NCBI GenBank assembly: GCA_051645425.1
Contig: JBOFBH010000012.1
Span: forward strand, 35,472-99,471
DNA from: Actinomycetota bacterium
Lineage (GTDB): Bacteria; Actinomycetota; Actinomycetes; Actinomycetales; Angustibacteraceae
DNA: 64,000 nucleotides
Direction: 5' to 3'
Shown here: positions 1-8,850 of the stretch, one piece after another
Layout: every line of letters starts with the position of its first letter
How positions within the stretch are numbered: position 1 is the stretch's first letter
Position numbers and translations under genes: made by a program
Notes under the pieces: generated by a model
Told to the model about the DNA's origin: nothing
The model's input: the letters and a program-made list of their open reading frames with translations, nothing else
Databases searched by the model: none

Positions 1-1087
1 AACCCATTAAGGCGACGAACTCATCGCCGCCCAAACGCGCAACCAACGCGGACTCATTAATCGCACCCGCTAACCGTTGCGCGATCGTCTCTAAAAGACG
101 GTCCCCCACAAGATGCCCTAACGAGTCATTGATCACTTTGAAGCTATCGAGATCAAGAAAACACAAGGTGACCGCCCGGTGAGGCGGGTCAGCTAAGGCT
201 TGGGTCAGCCGTTCTAAAAACACGGTACGGTTTGGCAACCCAGTTAGCGGATCATGCGTGGCTTCGTAGGCCAGCTTCTGCTGCAAAGAACGGCGATGAG
301 TGATGTCTTTCACCATGACCATGAGATGCCAGGGGGTGTCGAAGTCACCTTGAATCCGCGAGACGCTGATTTCAGCCCAAAGCGTGGAGCCATCGTGACG
401 AAGTAATCGATGCTCCGCTTGAAAAGATTGGCGCACCCCGCTGACGACCTCGTCGTAACACGAGCGATCGTCTTTGATGTCACCCGGATGAACCAAATCA
501 AGCAAACGCACCCCCCGAAACTGCCGCAACGTTCGCCCGAGCATGGCCGCCAAAGCGGGGTTGACGTCCAGAACATAACCGTCCAAATCACCTACCCCAA
601 TCCCGATCAGGGACTCGGCGAAAACAGTTCTGAAGCGAGACTCGCTTGCGCGCTGTGCTACTTCAGCCTGCTGACGCGCGATCAGCGCAGCTCGCTGCAT
701 TCGATCCTGTTGAACTAACGCCGAATTCAACAATTCATCCGCGTAGCCGCTCGCGAGAGTGCCGTGAAAAGCGGCTAACCGCGAGCATCTCCCCGAATCA
801 CCCGATTTGATCGACCACCCCCACCGAGCGAAAAAGCGGACCGTGCCAGAAATTGCCTTAGCTGTATCAAACTGGTGATGCACCATCGCGCGACCAAGGC
901 GATCACCTACCGCTGAGGCGCGCTGCTCGCCCTGAGGTGAACCGTCATCAAGACACGCCGATACCGCCGCAACCCACTCGCCGGCGAATACCTGTACCGC
1001 AGAAGAGTGACGTGGCCTGCGGCCCTGAGCCGAGAGCACGGCAACCCAGTCGTCTACCACCTCAGCGAACTGACCACCGAAGGGCAT
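1..1087 (-). CDS. PAS-GGDEF diguanylate cyclase; 3' end cut by window edge
   Basis: My translation of the minus strand from ATG at 1087 (GGAG about 7 nt upstream) stays open to base 1. It shows a PAS-like LLRHDGSTLWAEISVSRIQ, then THDPLTGLPNR, LDLDSFKVINDSLGH and RLGGDEF (codons at 17-37). It is absent from the ORF track because it has no stop inside the window. Confidence 0.85.
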   Translation of the reverse strand, partial: MPFGGQFAEVVDDWVAVLSAQGRRPRHSSAVQVFAGEWVAAVSACLDDGSPQGEQRASAVGDRLGRAMVHHQFDTAKAISGTVRFFARWGWSIKSGDSGRCSRLAAFHGTLASGYADELLNSALVQQDRMQRAALIARQQAEVAQRASESRFRTVFAESLIGIGVGDLDGYVLDVNPALAAMLGRTLRQFRGVRLLDLVHPGDIKDDRSCYDEVVSGVRQSFQAEHRLLRHDGSTLWAEISVSRIQGDFDTPWHLMVMVKDITHRRSLQQKLAYEATHDPLTGLPNRTVFLERLTQALADPPHRAVTLCFLDLDSFKVINDSLGHLVGDRLLETIAQRLAGAINESALVARLGGDEFVALMG

Positions 1088-1126
1088 CGGTGACTCCTTC
1101 CACAGCGGATGACCCAACAGTGGGCC

Positions 1127-1927
1127 TCATGGCAGAAGGGCCACCCCAGCAAAACCGGGGAAACTATCCGGGGAAATTTCACCGGTGAGCTCTTCGGGAT
1201 CGGGACGCCAAAAACGAACGACTCCTGGGTCAAGTAAATCCCAACCATTAAAGAAACTCACGATTTCCTCGTGCGTGCGCAAATACAAAGGCGACGGCGT
1301 GTTCTTGTACATCTGAGCAAGCTGAGCAATCTTCCCGGTTGAATTTTCTGCCGCGTGACTAATCGCCAGGCCACTCCCTGACACCACGAAATCCCGGTAC
1401 CGGGCAACAATCCCGGACGCATCGTCCTCGTCAGAGACGAAGTGCAGCACGGCCACCATGAGAACTCCCACTGGCTGAGTGAAATCCAGCAGCTGAGTCA
1501 CAGCTGGATCTGACAAAACAGCGTTCGGGTCGCGAAGATCAGCCTGAACCATGGCGGTATGAGGGTTGTCCTTCAAAATGAACCGGCTGTGCTCAGCGGC
1601 AACAGCGTCGTGATCGACGTACACCACCTTGGCGTCTGGGTGAATTTCGTGGGCCACCTCGTGCACATTCGCCACTGTCGGAATACCTGAACCAAGATCC
1701 AAGAATTGTTTGATCCCGGACGCTGCGAACTCGCGTACCGCACGCCTAAGGAAGGCCCGGTTAACTTGGGCTAGTTGCGGGATCTCCGGCCACATCTCAA
1801 CAACCTGACGCGCCATTTGCCGGTCAGCTTCAAAGTTGTGAAAACCACCGAGGTAGTAGTCGTAGAGCCGAGCCGCGCTCGGCTTTTCCATGTCAATGCC
1901 CGCAGGGGCCCAGTTCGGTCTCTCCAT
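1127..1927 (-). CDS. SAM-dependent methyltransferase (Methyltransf_19 / PF04672-like)
   Basis: ORF 1127..1999. Motifs ARLYDYYLGGFHNFEADR, NRAFLRRAV, FLDLGSGIPT and VVYVDHDAV are typical of this actinobacterial family. I prefer the start at MERPNW (1927). Confidence 0.75.
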   Translation of the reverse strand: MERPNWAPAGIDMEKPSAARLYDYYLGGFHNFEADRQMARQVVEMWPEIPQLAQVNRAFLRRAVREFAASGIKQFLDLGSGIPTVANVHEVAHEIHPDAKVVYVDHDAVAAEHSRFILKDNPHTAMVQADLRDPNAVLSDPAVTQLLDFTQPVGVLMVAVLHFVSDEDDASGIVARYRDFVVSGSGLAISHAAENSTGKIAQLAQMYKNTPSPLYLRTHEEIVSFFNGWDLLDPGVVRFWRPDPEELTGEISPDSFPGFAGVALLP

Positions 1928-2027
1928 GATCGGACCATACCGATGTTGTGGACGGACCGGAAGGGCTAAAACCGTCCGAAACGCCCACACAATCGACAAC
2001 CGGTGTCTTGTCTATTACTTAATGGTG

Positions 2028-4307
2028 TCACTCATCGCGTAGCCCAATTCGGCGATACACCCAAGCGAGGGGAGCCGGTGCCCACCAATTCCATTGGTCC
2101 ATCAGTCGCATGAGGGCGGGAACTAACAGCGCCCGCACCACAAACGCGTCCACCACAATCGCGAACGCCACACCCAGACCGAGCATTTTGATCGTGGTGA
2201 CACCGCTGGTGACGAAAGCAGCGAAAACCACCGCTAATAAAACCGCAGCCGCCGTAATAACTCGCCCGGATCGCTGCAAGCCAATTGCGACCGCGTCTTG
2301 AGTCGCTATGCCGCGGCGATGTTCTTCAGCGATACGCGATACGAGGAACACTTCGTAATCCATTGAAAGGGCAAAAACAATCACCGCGATGAGTACTGCC
2401 ATCGAAGTATCCACGTGTCCGGTGACAGTGAAATCCCCGACCAGCCACCGCCCATTGCCGTCCTGGAAAACCCAGACCAATACCCCCAAGGTGGAGATTA
2501 GGCTCGCCGCGTTCAAGAGCACCGCCTTGATCGGTAGCACGACAGACCCGGTGAATAGGAACAACACGATTAACGTTGCCAGCACAACCCAGACCAGAGC
2601 CCATTGACCGCGGTCATTGATCGCCGCCTGAGAATCAACAAAATCCGCGCCGACTCCGCCGATCAACCTGGCATCGGTTGGCGCCGGCACCGCACGCACC
2701 GCAGCGATGAGATCTTCGCCAGCAGATGTACGGGAACCAACATCAGCCACCGCCCTCAGCCGGACGTCAGCTCCGGCAACGAAACCTTCAGGGCGAGGGT
2801 TAGGCGTGACTACTGCACCGGCCACAAGCACTGCCGATGCAGTGGTGACGGAGGTGATCCCGGGGACTTGGGAAACTCGGGCAGCATACTCCTGAACCTG
2901 AGCTGAGCGGTCACCTTGACCAGGAAGCACCACGTCGATGGGACTGCCCTGCTGGCCGGTAAACCGGTCCGCGAGAACGGTGGCGGCCACTTTTGAGGGT
3001 GCCCCATCTGGCAAATCACGTTGATCGGACTGCGAGAATCGCGCACCCAAGACGGGAACCGCTAAGGCAGCCAATGCGATGACGGTGACTAGCGCCACCG
3101 CAACGGGTCGACGCATGACAGCATGAGCGATCCGAGACCACGCTCCCTCGTCACGGGGACGCAAGTCCCGACGGAGCACGCGTAACCGGTCGATGCGGTA
3201 GCCGGCAAGAGAGAGCGCAGCAGGGAGCGCGGTCAGCGCGGCACCCATAGCCAGCAAGGTGGCCGCAACACCGGCGTAACCGAAGGACCGCAGGAAGTAC
3301 TGCGGAAAAAACAACATCGCGGCGAGGACGACGACTACGGTGACTCCGGAGAACAGCACCGTCCGACCAGCAGTCGCGACGGTGCGGACTACAGCATCTT
3401 GAGGCGCACGAGGCGCGGCGCCATTCACTCCATGAAGTTCCTCGCGAAAACGAGTGACGATGAGGAGGGCGTAATCAATCCCTAAACCAAGCCCTAAGGC
3501 AGTAATGAGATTGAGTGAGAAAATTGATACATCCGTAGTAAGTGACACCAACCACACCACGAAGAAACTGCCCACAATGGAGCCGGCAGCCACCAGAAAT
3601 GGCAAACCGGCAGCGACCAGGGTGCCGAACACGATGAGCAAGAGGACGAACTGGACCGGGATCGCGATGAGCTCAGCGGTTTTGAGGTCACTGGTGATAG
3701 ACGAACTGAAGTCAGCGTTGACAGCTGGTGCCCCGCCCATGAAGGCGCGCAAGTCTGGATTTGCCTCATCAAAAGCAGTGATCTGAGTCATGATGACTTC
3801 TGCGAGCGCTTCTATCTCGCCGGCCTTGAGGTTTGAATCGACGATCAGTTGCCCGGTCCGTTCGTCGTTGCCGCGCAATGCGTCTGGACGTCCGGACGTC
3901 CAATAGGACTGCACCCGGGACACACCGGAAACACTTTCAAGGCTCGCTACTAACTCTTGGGCTGAGGCGTCAGCGGCAGCGGAGTCAATCCCCATTGTCA
4001 TTTCGACGGCGACCACCGCGACCGGGGTACGGACATCGAATTTTTCTGCCAAGGCGGTTGCCGCGCGGCCTGACTCGCTGCCTGGATCATCAAAACCGCC
4101 ACCTGCCAGCCGCGGAAAAAGCCCCGCGCCAAGCACACCCATGACGGTGAGCGCCAAAGCAAAGAAACCCAAGATAAGTCGTGGCCGGTGGGCGACGAAT
4201 GCTCCATAGCGCGTGAGCGAAGTCGAGGGAGATACGGGAATCAAGGATTCAGGAGGTGAGGATGTCTGGGTGTCGGGCAGCGAAGTCATGGCAAAACCCT
4301 CACGCAT
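2028..4307 (-). CDS. MMPL/RND-superfamily membrane transporter
   Basis: 759-aa ORF with two homologous polytopic halves, each carrying the MMPL signature (GIDYALLIVTRFREEL and SMDYEVFLVSRIAEE). The start could be MTSLPD at 4289. Confidence 0.9.
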   Translation of the reverse strand: MREGFAMTSLPDTQTSSPPESLIPVSPSTSLTRYGAFVAHRPRLILGFFALALTVMGVLGAGLFPRLAGGGFDDPGSESGRAATALAEKFDVRTPVAVVAVEMTMGIDSAAADASAQELVASLESVSGVSRVQSYWTSGRPDALRGNDERTGQLIVDSNLKAGEIEALAEVIMTQITAFDEANPDLRAFMGGAPAVNADFSSSITSDLKTAELIAIPVQFVLLLIVFGTLVAAGLPFLVAAGSIVGSFFVVWLVSLTTDVSIFSLNLITALGLGLGIDYALLIVTRFREELHGVNGAAPRAPQDAVVRTVATAGRTVLFSGVTVVVVLAAMLFFPQYFLRSFGYAGVAATLLAMGAALTALPAALSLAGYRIDRLRVLRRDLRPRDEGAWSRIAHAVMRRPVAVALVTVIALAALAVPVLGARFSQSDQRDLPDGAPSKVAATVLADRFTGQQGSPIDVVLPGQGDRSAQVQEYAARVSQVPGITSVTTASAVLVAGAVVTPNPRPEGFVAGADVRLRAVADVGSRTSAGEDLIAAVRAVPAPTDARLIGGVGADFVDSQAAINDRGQWALVWVVLATLIVLFLFTGSVVLPIKAVLLNAASLISTLGVLVWVFQDGNGRWLVGDFTVTGHVDTSMAVLIAVIVFALSMDYEVFLVSRIAEEHRRGIATQDAVAIGLQRSGRVITAAAVLLAVVFAAFVTSGVTTIKMLGLGVAFAIVVDAFVVRALLVPALMRLMDQWNWWAPAPLAWVYRRIGLRDE

Positions 4308-4337
4308 AATCTAAACGTTGTCAAGATTCTGAGCGAC

Positions 4338-4352
4338 GTTAAGATTCTTAAC
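4338..4352. promoter_or_regulatory. Candidate TetR operator in the divergent MMPL/TetR intergenic region
   Basis: GTTAAGA-T-TCTTAAC is a perfect 7-1-7 palindrome. A related half-site, ACGTTGTCAAGATTCT, lies about 20 nt upstream (4315-4330). Confidence 0.4.
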
Positions 4353-4383
4353 ATCGTTTACTTTCGTCGAGTAGGATTTCGCT

Positions 4384-5028
4384 ATGTCATCCGCAGCACG
4401 CACCGCAAGCACTCAAATAGGGCGAAGTAAAGCCGTATATCACCATGGCGATCTCGCTGCCGCTCTTGTTGCCGAGGCTTACAAGCGCGTCCAAGTTGGC
4501 GGAGCAGAAACCGTTTCACTCCGTGGAGTAGCCCAAGCAGTAGGCGTCACCGCCAGTGCCGCCTACCATCACTTTGCGGATAAAAACGCACTGCTCTACC
4601 GCGTTTGCGTGCTTAGCAATGACGAGTTGGACCAGCGCGTCCTAACTGCGATGCGAAAAATTCGCGGCCACGACTGGAAGGCGGCAAGCCGCCGGCTACG
4701 AGCCATCGGGATGGCATACATCGATTTCGCGCATGACGAGCCACAGCTATTCCGGCATACTTTTGGCCCATACGCTTGCCCGCCAGAGAACAGCCAAAAC
4801 CTTTCTGTCAGACCAAAGACCAGTAAAGCATTTGAAGCTTTATGCCAAGTTCTCGACGATCTGGACAACCTCAGCGCACTTCACCACCGAGCCGGGTTGG
4901 ACTTATTGGCCTGGGCAGCCGTTCACGGCTTCGCCACCCTGATGATCGACCAGCTCATTACTGACGAGAGCGCCCGCACCGCATTGCTCGATTCCCTCCA
5001 TGCCATCGCAGTCCGACCACCTGAGTAA
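4384..5028 (+). CDS. TetR family transcriptional regulator
   Basis: N-terminal HTH LRGVAQAVGVTASAAYHHFADKNALL. It is divergent from the MMPL gene. Confidence 0.9.
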   Translation: MSSAARTASTQIGRSKAVYHHGDLAAALVAEAYKRVQVGGAETVSLRGVAQAVGVTASAAYHHFADKNALLYRVCVLSNDELDQRVLTAMRKIRGHDWKAASRRLRAIGMAYIDFAHDEPQLFRHTFGPYACPPENSQNLSVRPKTSKAFEALCQVLDDLDNLSALHHRAGLDLLAWAAVHGFATLMIDQLITDESARTALLDSLHAIAVRPPE

Positions 5029-5033
5029 AAGCT

Positions 5034-6023
5034 GTGGATCTCCTGGGGCCGCCCACCGATCTGGCAGGATGGTGGTCGTGGTTACCAGGAGAAACTGTCC
5101 TCGGTCGGTGGGTAAAAACTTTCTTTCATTGGCGGGCCTTAGTGAACACCTGGCTAGATAACCCTGGGCTGCAGAGCTGGGCCACTATTTTCGTGGCGAT
5201 CTGCATTCAAGCTCTCCCTTTCCTCGTCCTTGGTGTGGGTCTTTCAGCTCTCATCAGCGCGTACGTGCCCGCCTCGTTTTTTCAACGGATCCTCCCGCGT
5301 AACTCCGCCGCAGCCGTGCCGGTCGCCGGTCTTTCCGGTGCGGTTCTGCCTGGGTGCGAGTGCGGTGCCGTTCCCATCGCGGCCAGTTTGGTCCGCAGCG
5401 GGGTCGCCCCTGCCGCGGCAATGACGTTTCTTCTCGCTGCGCCTGCAATCAACCCCATTGTGTTGATATCCACCGCAGTGGCCTTTCCCGGGCAACCAGG
5501 TATGGTAGTCGCCCGCTTCGCTGCATCCCTCCTCGTCGCCGTCACAATGGGGTGGTTATGGCTTCGCTTCGGGCGAGGTGAGTGGTTGCGCCTTCCCCGC
5601 CGTGACCACTCACCAGAGGACTCCCGGTTCTCCATTTTCATCGATGCGGCGCGCCATGACTTCCTGCACGCTGGTGGCTTCCTAGTAGTGGGAGGCATGA
5701 TCGCGGCAACAGTGAACATTGTCGTTCCGGATCAAGTGTTCGATGCGGTCGCTGATCGACCCTGGCTTGCGGTGATCACACTCGCGTTTCTCGCCGTCAT
5801 CGTCGCAATCTGCTCTGAGGCCGACGCTTTCGTCGCGGCGAGCTTCGCTGGGATGTCACCGGTCGCACAGCTCGCGTTTATGGTGGTGGGACCGGCCGTT
5901 GACGTTAAATTGATCAGCCTGCAAGCAGGAACGTTCTCCTGGCGGTTTGCCGCCAGATTCGCTCCGAGCACCTTTGTGATAGCAATTGCGGCAACCGTCC
6001 TCGTCTCATTTTTAGTGTGGTGA
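5034..6023 (+). CDS. Polytopic permease (DUF318/ArsP_1-like) with a CxC motif
   Basis: 329-aa hydrophobic ORF with LPGCECGAVPIA. It is followed 4 nt later by its usual TIGR03943-type partner. Confidence 0.7.
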   Translation: MDLLGPPTDLAGWWSWLPGETVLGRWVKTFFHWRALVNTWLDNPGLQSWATIFVAICIQALPFLVLGVGLSALISAYVPASFFQRILPRNSAAAVPVAGLSGAVLPGCECGAVPIAASLVRSGVAPAAAMTFLLAAPAINPIVLISTAVAFPGQPGMVVARFAASLLVAVTMGWLWLRFGRGEWLRLPRRDHSPEDSRFSIFIDAARHDFLHAGGFLVVGGMIAATVNIVVPDQVFDAVADRPWLAVITLAFLAVIVAICSEADAFVAASFAGMSPVAQLAFMVVGPAVDVKLISLQAGTFSWRFAARFAPSTFVIAIAATVLVSFLVW

Positions 6024-6027
6024 CACC

Positions 6028-6831
6028 ATGATGCGTTACGCGCAAGGTCTTGTACTCACGCTCTTTGGGATCGTCGCGACCCGGGTGGCGATCAGCGACC
6101 AGCACCTTAATTACGTAAAGCCGTCTATCCAGCCTTACTTGATCATTTCTGGCCTTTTGGTGACTGGGCTTGGTGCGGTCGTGATGTGGCGCTCCGTCAT
6201 ACCTCAACAAAAGAGCCATAAGTCTCACTCACGTGCCGAGCGCGGACCCGGAGGTAGCCCTGAAATGCCCGCGGCTGAGGTAAGCACTGGCCGGCACCGA
6301 GACGACGACGGCGGGCACAACCACCACTCCGGCCCGCACGCCGGTTGGCTTTTGCTTCTTCCAGTCCTCACGCTGTTCACCGTCGCTCCAACAGCGCTAG
6401 GTGCTGACGCCGCAAGCCGTGACTCTGGGGTGATTAATCAGAGCACCGGGCGGCAAGCCCGGGCGCTGCCGTCAGCCCCCACCGACGGGAGTGCCCTTAC
6501 CTTGTCCGTTCTTGACCTTTCCATTCGGACTGCTGAGCCAGGCGTAGGCGGGTTAGAAGGGAAAACCGTCCGAATCGATGGCTTCGCCTCACCGGGAGGA
6601 TCGGACACGTGGTACGTCACCAGAATGATGCTCGCCTGCTGTGCCGCCGATGGTATTGCCGTCAAAGTAGAAGCACGGGCAGTGGCCGCACCACCCCCAG
6701 ACACCTGGATCGAAGTGGTGGGCGTGGTGGAGCGCCCGGCCTCCCCTGACGGCGAGACTCCACCAGCTATTCGAATTACTGAAATCCGGCCTATCTCCAA
6801 ACCACGAAACCCTTACATTAGCTTTTCTTAG
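6028..6831 (+). CDS. TIGR03943-like two-TM protein with a His-rich loop
   Basis: Two N-terminal TM segments, a His-rich linker (HKSHS...HRDDDGGHNHHSGPH), and a C-terminal domain with the MMLACCAADG motif typical of TIGR03943 partners of the preceding permease. Confidence 0.7.
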   Translation: MMRYAQGLVLTLFGIVATRVAISDQHLNYVKPSIQPYLIISGLLVTGLGAVVMWRSVIPQQKSHKSHSRAERGPGGSPEMPAAEVSTGRHRDDDGGHNHHSGPHAGWLLLLPVLTLFTVAPTALGADAASRDSGVINQSTGRQARALPSAPTDGSALTLSVLDLSIRTAEPGVGGLEGKTVRIDGFASPGGSDTWYVTRMMLACCAADGIAVKVEARAVAAPPPDTWIEVVGVVERPASPDGETPPAIRITEIRPISKPRNPYISFS

Positions 6832-6891
6832 CCAACGCCCGCACCACCTTCAGGGCCTTGGCTAGAGGCGCTTCAACAGCAGCGCGGTAGC

Positions 6892-8016
6892 TCACGCAGC
6901 TATGTTGCGTTGGCCGAGCCAAGGATCGAAACCATCGTCTTGAGTGCACCAGTAGCGACGTCCACGAAGAAGCTCTCGTTCGGTGAGCAATGCGCGCTGA
7001 AAAGCAGCATCAAGGGCCGCCGCGTCAACAGACTTGCTTCCAGTAACTACCAGCCGAGTGGCCGGTGAGCCACGCCAGTCGGCGTGCGCACCAATGCTGA
7101 GCTGGTTACCGGCGCCGTCCCACTCGACTACCGTGTCTGGACGGCCTGGCAGCCATATCGCCCCACGGATCCGCACCCCAGGCGGACACAACTCCGGGAT
7201 TTCAGCGCGGATTCGTTCTGGATGCATCGGCATCGCCGAGCGAAGATCAAGAGTCCAGACGGCAGTGGTATCAACAGCATCATTTGGGCGACGAGTCCGA
7301 GGATCAAGCCACCGATCAATAACGTGAAGATCACATGAGGCCGAGAAAATCTCGGCCCAATCCGCTAGGTGTGGCCCGGGAACCCGAGTAGCGTAAGGCC
7401 CGGCGAGGTGGTCAAGGAGACCAGCCGCGAGCTCATCCACCGGATCGGCGATCAATAATGTGGCTGACTCAACTTGATGGCACCAGGCTTCTCCAACACT
7501 TCGATGGTCATTGTCAGTCAAGTGCAGCTCGCGTTCAGCTAGCAAGTCATCGCCAAGCAAGTCGGCTTCAATTGACTCGCCTGCCACCACTGAAACCACA
7601 CCAGCTAATCGAACACCACCCCGGTCGTGGGAGGGTTCCGCATCTCGAGCGATAGCACGAGCCACTGGAAGGGGGCTTGCCGATACTGGGAGCGCTATCG
7701 CGACCGCGTCCCACCGCCCAGAGCTCACCAATCGGGTCATGGTGGGCATGACATCCTCCCGAAGTGCGCACCCCATGCAGGCGTGGCTCATAGGCGTCAC
7801 CACATGTTCGAGCAAACCTGTTGCATCAAAAACGCGGCGCCGAACGCTTCCTTGAGCAGGCAACAAATCATGTTGCATGACCACTGCAGCAGGATGATCT
7901 ACCACAATGCCGGCTACTGCTGACGTGCGTCGCACTGGATCGAGTGATGACAACACGGCAATTGGAGTCGAGTTATGCGCGTGCGAAGACAATTCAGACG
8001 ATGGAAAGTTGGCCAT
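6892..8016 (-). CDS. COG0523/CobW-like protein with degenerate P-loop
   Basis: ORF 6892..8064. The CobW-type C-terminal region reads IRGAIWLPGRPDTVVEWDGAGNQLSIG, and a CMGCALRED stands where COG0523 has GCxCC. The Walker A position reads SSLDPVRRTS rather than GxxGxGKT. I prefer the start at MANFPSS (8016). Confidence 0.65.
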   Translation of the reverse strand: MANFPSSELSSHAHNSTPIAVLSSLDPVRRTSAVAGIVVDHPAAVVMQHDLLPAQGSVRRRVFDATGLLEHVVTPMSHACMGCALREDVMPTMTRLVSSGRWDAVAIALPVSASPLPVARAIARDAEPSHDRGGVRLAGVVSVVAGESIEADLLGDDLLAERELHLTDNDHRSVGEAWCHQVESATLLIADPVDELAAGLLDHLAGPYATRVPGPHLADWAEIFSASCDLHVIDRWLDPRTRRPNDAVDTTAVWTLDLRSAMPMHPERIRAEIPELCPPGVRIRGAIWLPGRPDTVVEWDGAGNQLSIGAHADWRGSPATRLVVTGSKSVDAAALDAAFQRALLTERELLRGRRYWCTQDDGFDPWLGQRNIAA

Positions 8017-8022
8017 AAATAT

Positions 8023-8039
8023 ATGATAACGGTTCTCAT
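8023..8039 (-). promoter_or_regulatory. Fur/Zur-type palindrome overlapping a -10-like hexamer
   Basis: The minus strand reads ATGAGAAC-C-GTTATCAT, an 8-1-8 palindrome with one mismatched pair that fits TGAnAAnnnTTnTCA. TATCAT ends 7 nt before the A of ATG 8016, which is leaderless-type geometry. Confidence 0.45.
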
Positions 8040-8382
8040 TTAATTCCCCCCGCGATGGGGACAAACTGATACGAACAGTTTGGTTCGAGCTACAACACTA
8101 AATCGGGCATTCGAGCTCTAGACCCGACGACGCTTGCCACAATTTGGGAACTTCCTCATGGGAATCGAATTGCCCCCTCTGATCCAATCTTCCGTAACGG
8201 ATTAACCTACGGCGAGGTCACAGAAGAAATGAGTGTGATTCTCGACGGAAAACTGGTGTCGATGCCGTGGCAAATATTCCTGGCACTTTTCTCGACGTCA
8301 ACGCGTACGGCGCAATCATGCTCCGTGGCGAGCAGATTGTCTTCGTTCCCGCAACTGGCTAACTCAAGGGCTTGAGCAGGAT

Positions 8383-8850
8383 TTACCGGGACGGGCGCCA
8401 GAGGACGACGGCGGTCTGCTGGCCGAACGCGGACCGGGCGGGACGGCGCCCGGTCGTTACGCTTAGCACGTCGCCACTGGGTCCAGCGGCGAAAACCCGA
8501 CGAACCTGGCCACCAGCAAGACGAGCCTGCTCCAACTCGATGAGCGCCTGATCGAGCCGCGCCTCCAACTCAGCCACCCGGGCCCGCAGCGTGAGAATGC
8601 GCTTGATCCCAGCTAAGGAGACACCTTCGTCTTGGGAAAGGCGCTGAATTTCCCTGAGCACGCTGACATCCTGGGCGGAGTATCGCCGGCCACGACCACT
8701 ACTTCGCCCAGGCGAAACCAAACCCAGCCGGTCGTACTGCCGCAATGTTTGCGGATGCATCCCTGCGAGTTGCGCGGCGACCGAAATCACGAAAATTGGG
8801 GTGCTGTCAGTCACGTCAAACTCTGACCCAGACCTAGAACGAGGGATCAT
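8383..8850 (-). CDS. hspR: HspR, MerR-family heat-shock repressor
   Basis: FVISVAAQLAGMHPQTLRQYDRLGLVSPGRSSGRGRRYS is a MerR HTH, and this is the last gene of the dnaK operon. The likely start MIPRS at 8850 overlaps the dnaJ stop. Confidence 0.85.
   Translation of the reverse strand: MIPRSRSGSEFDVTDSTPIFVISVAAQLAGMHPQTLRQYDRLGLVSPGRSSGRGRRYSAQDVSVLREIQRLSQDEGVSLAGIKRILTLRARVAELEARLDQALIELEQARLAGGQVRRVFAAGPSGDVLSVTTGRRPARSAFGQQTAVVLWRPSR

Noticed and set aside
8231-8368. A 45-aa plus-strand ORF in the 320-bp gap between the COG0523-like gene and hspR
   Set aside because: Its translation is low complexity and its SD is weak. The gap already has to hold the Zur-type promoter and the dnaK-operon terminator (CTCAAG-GG-CTTGAG at about 8364-8377).
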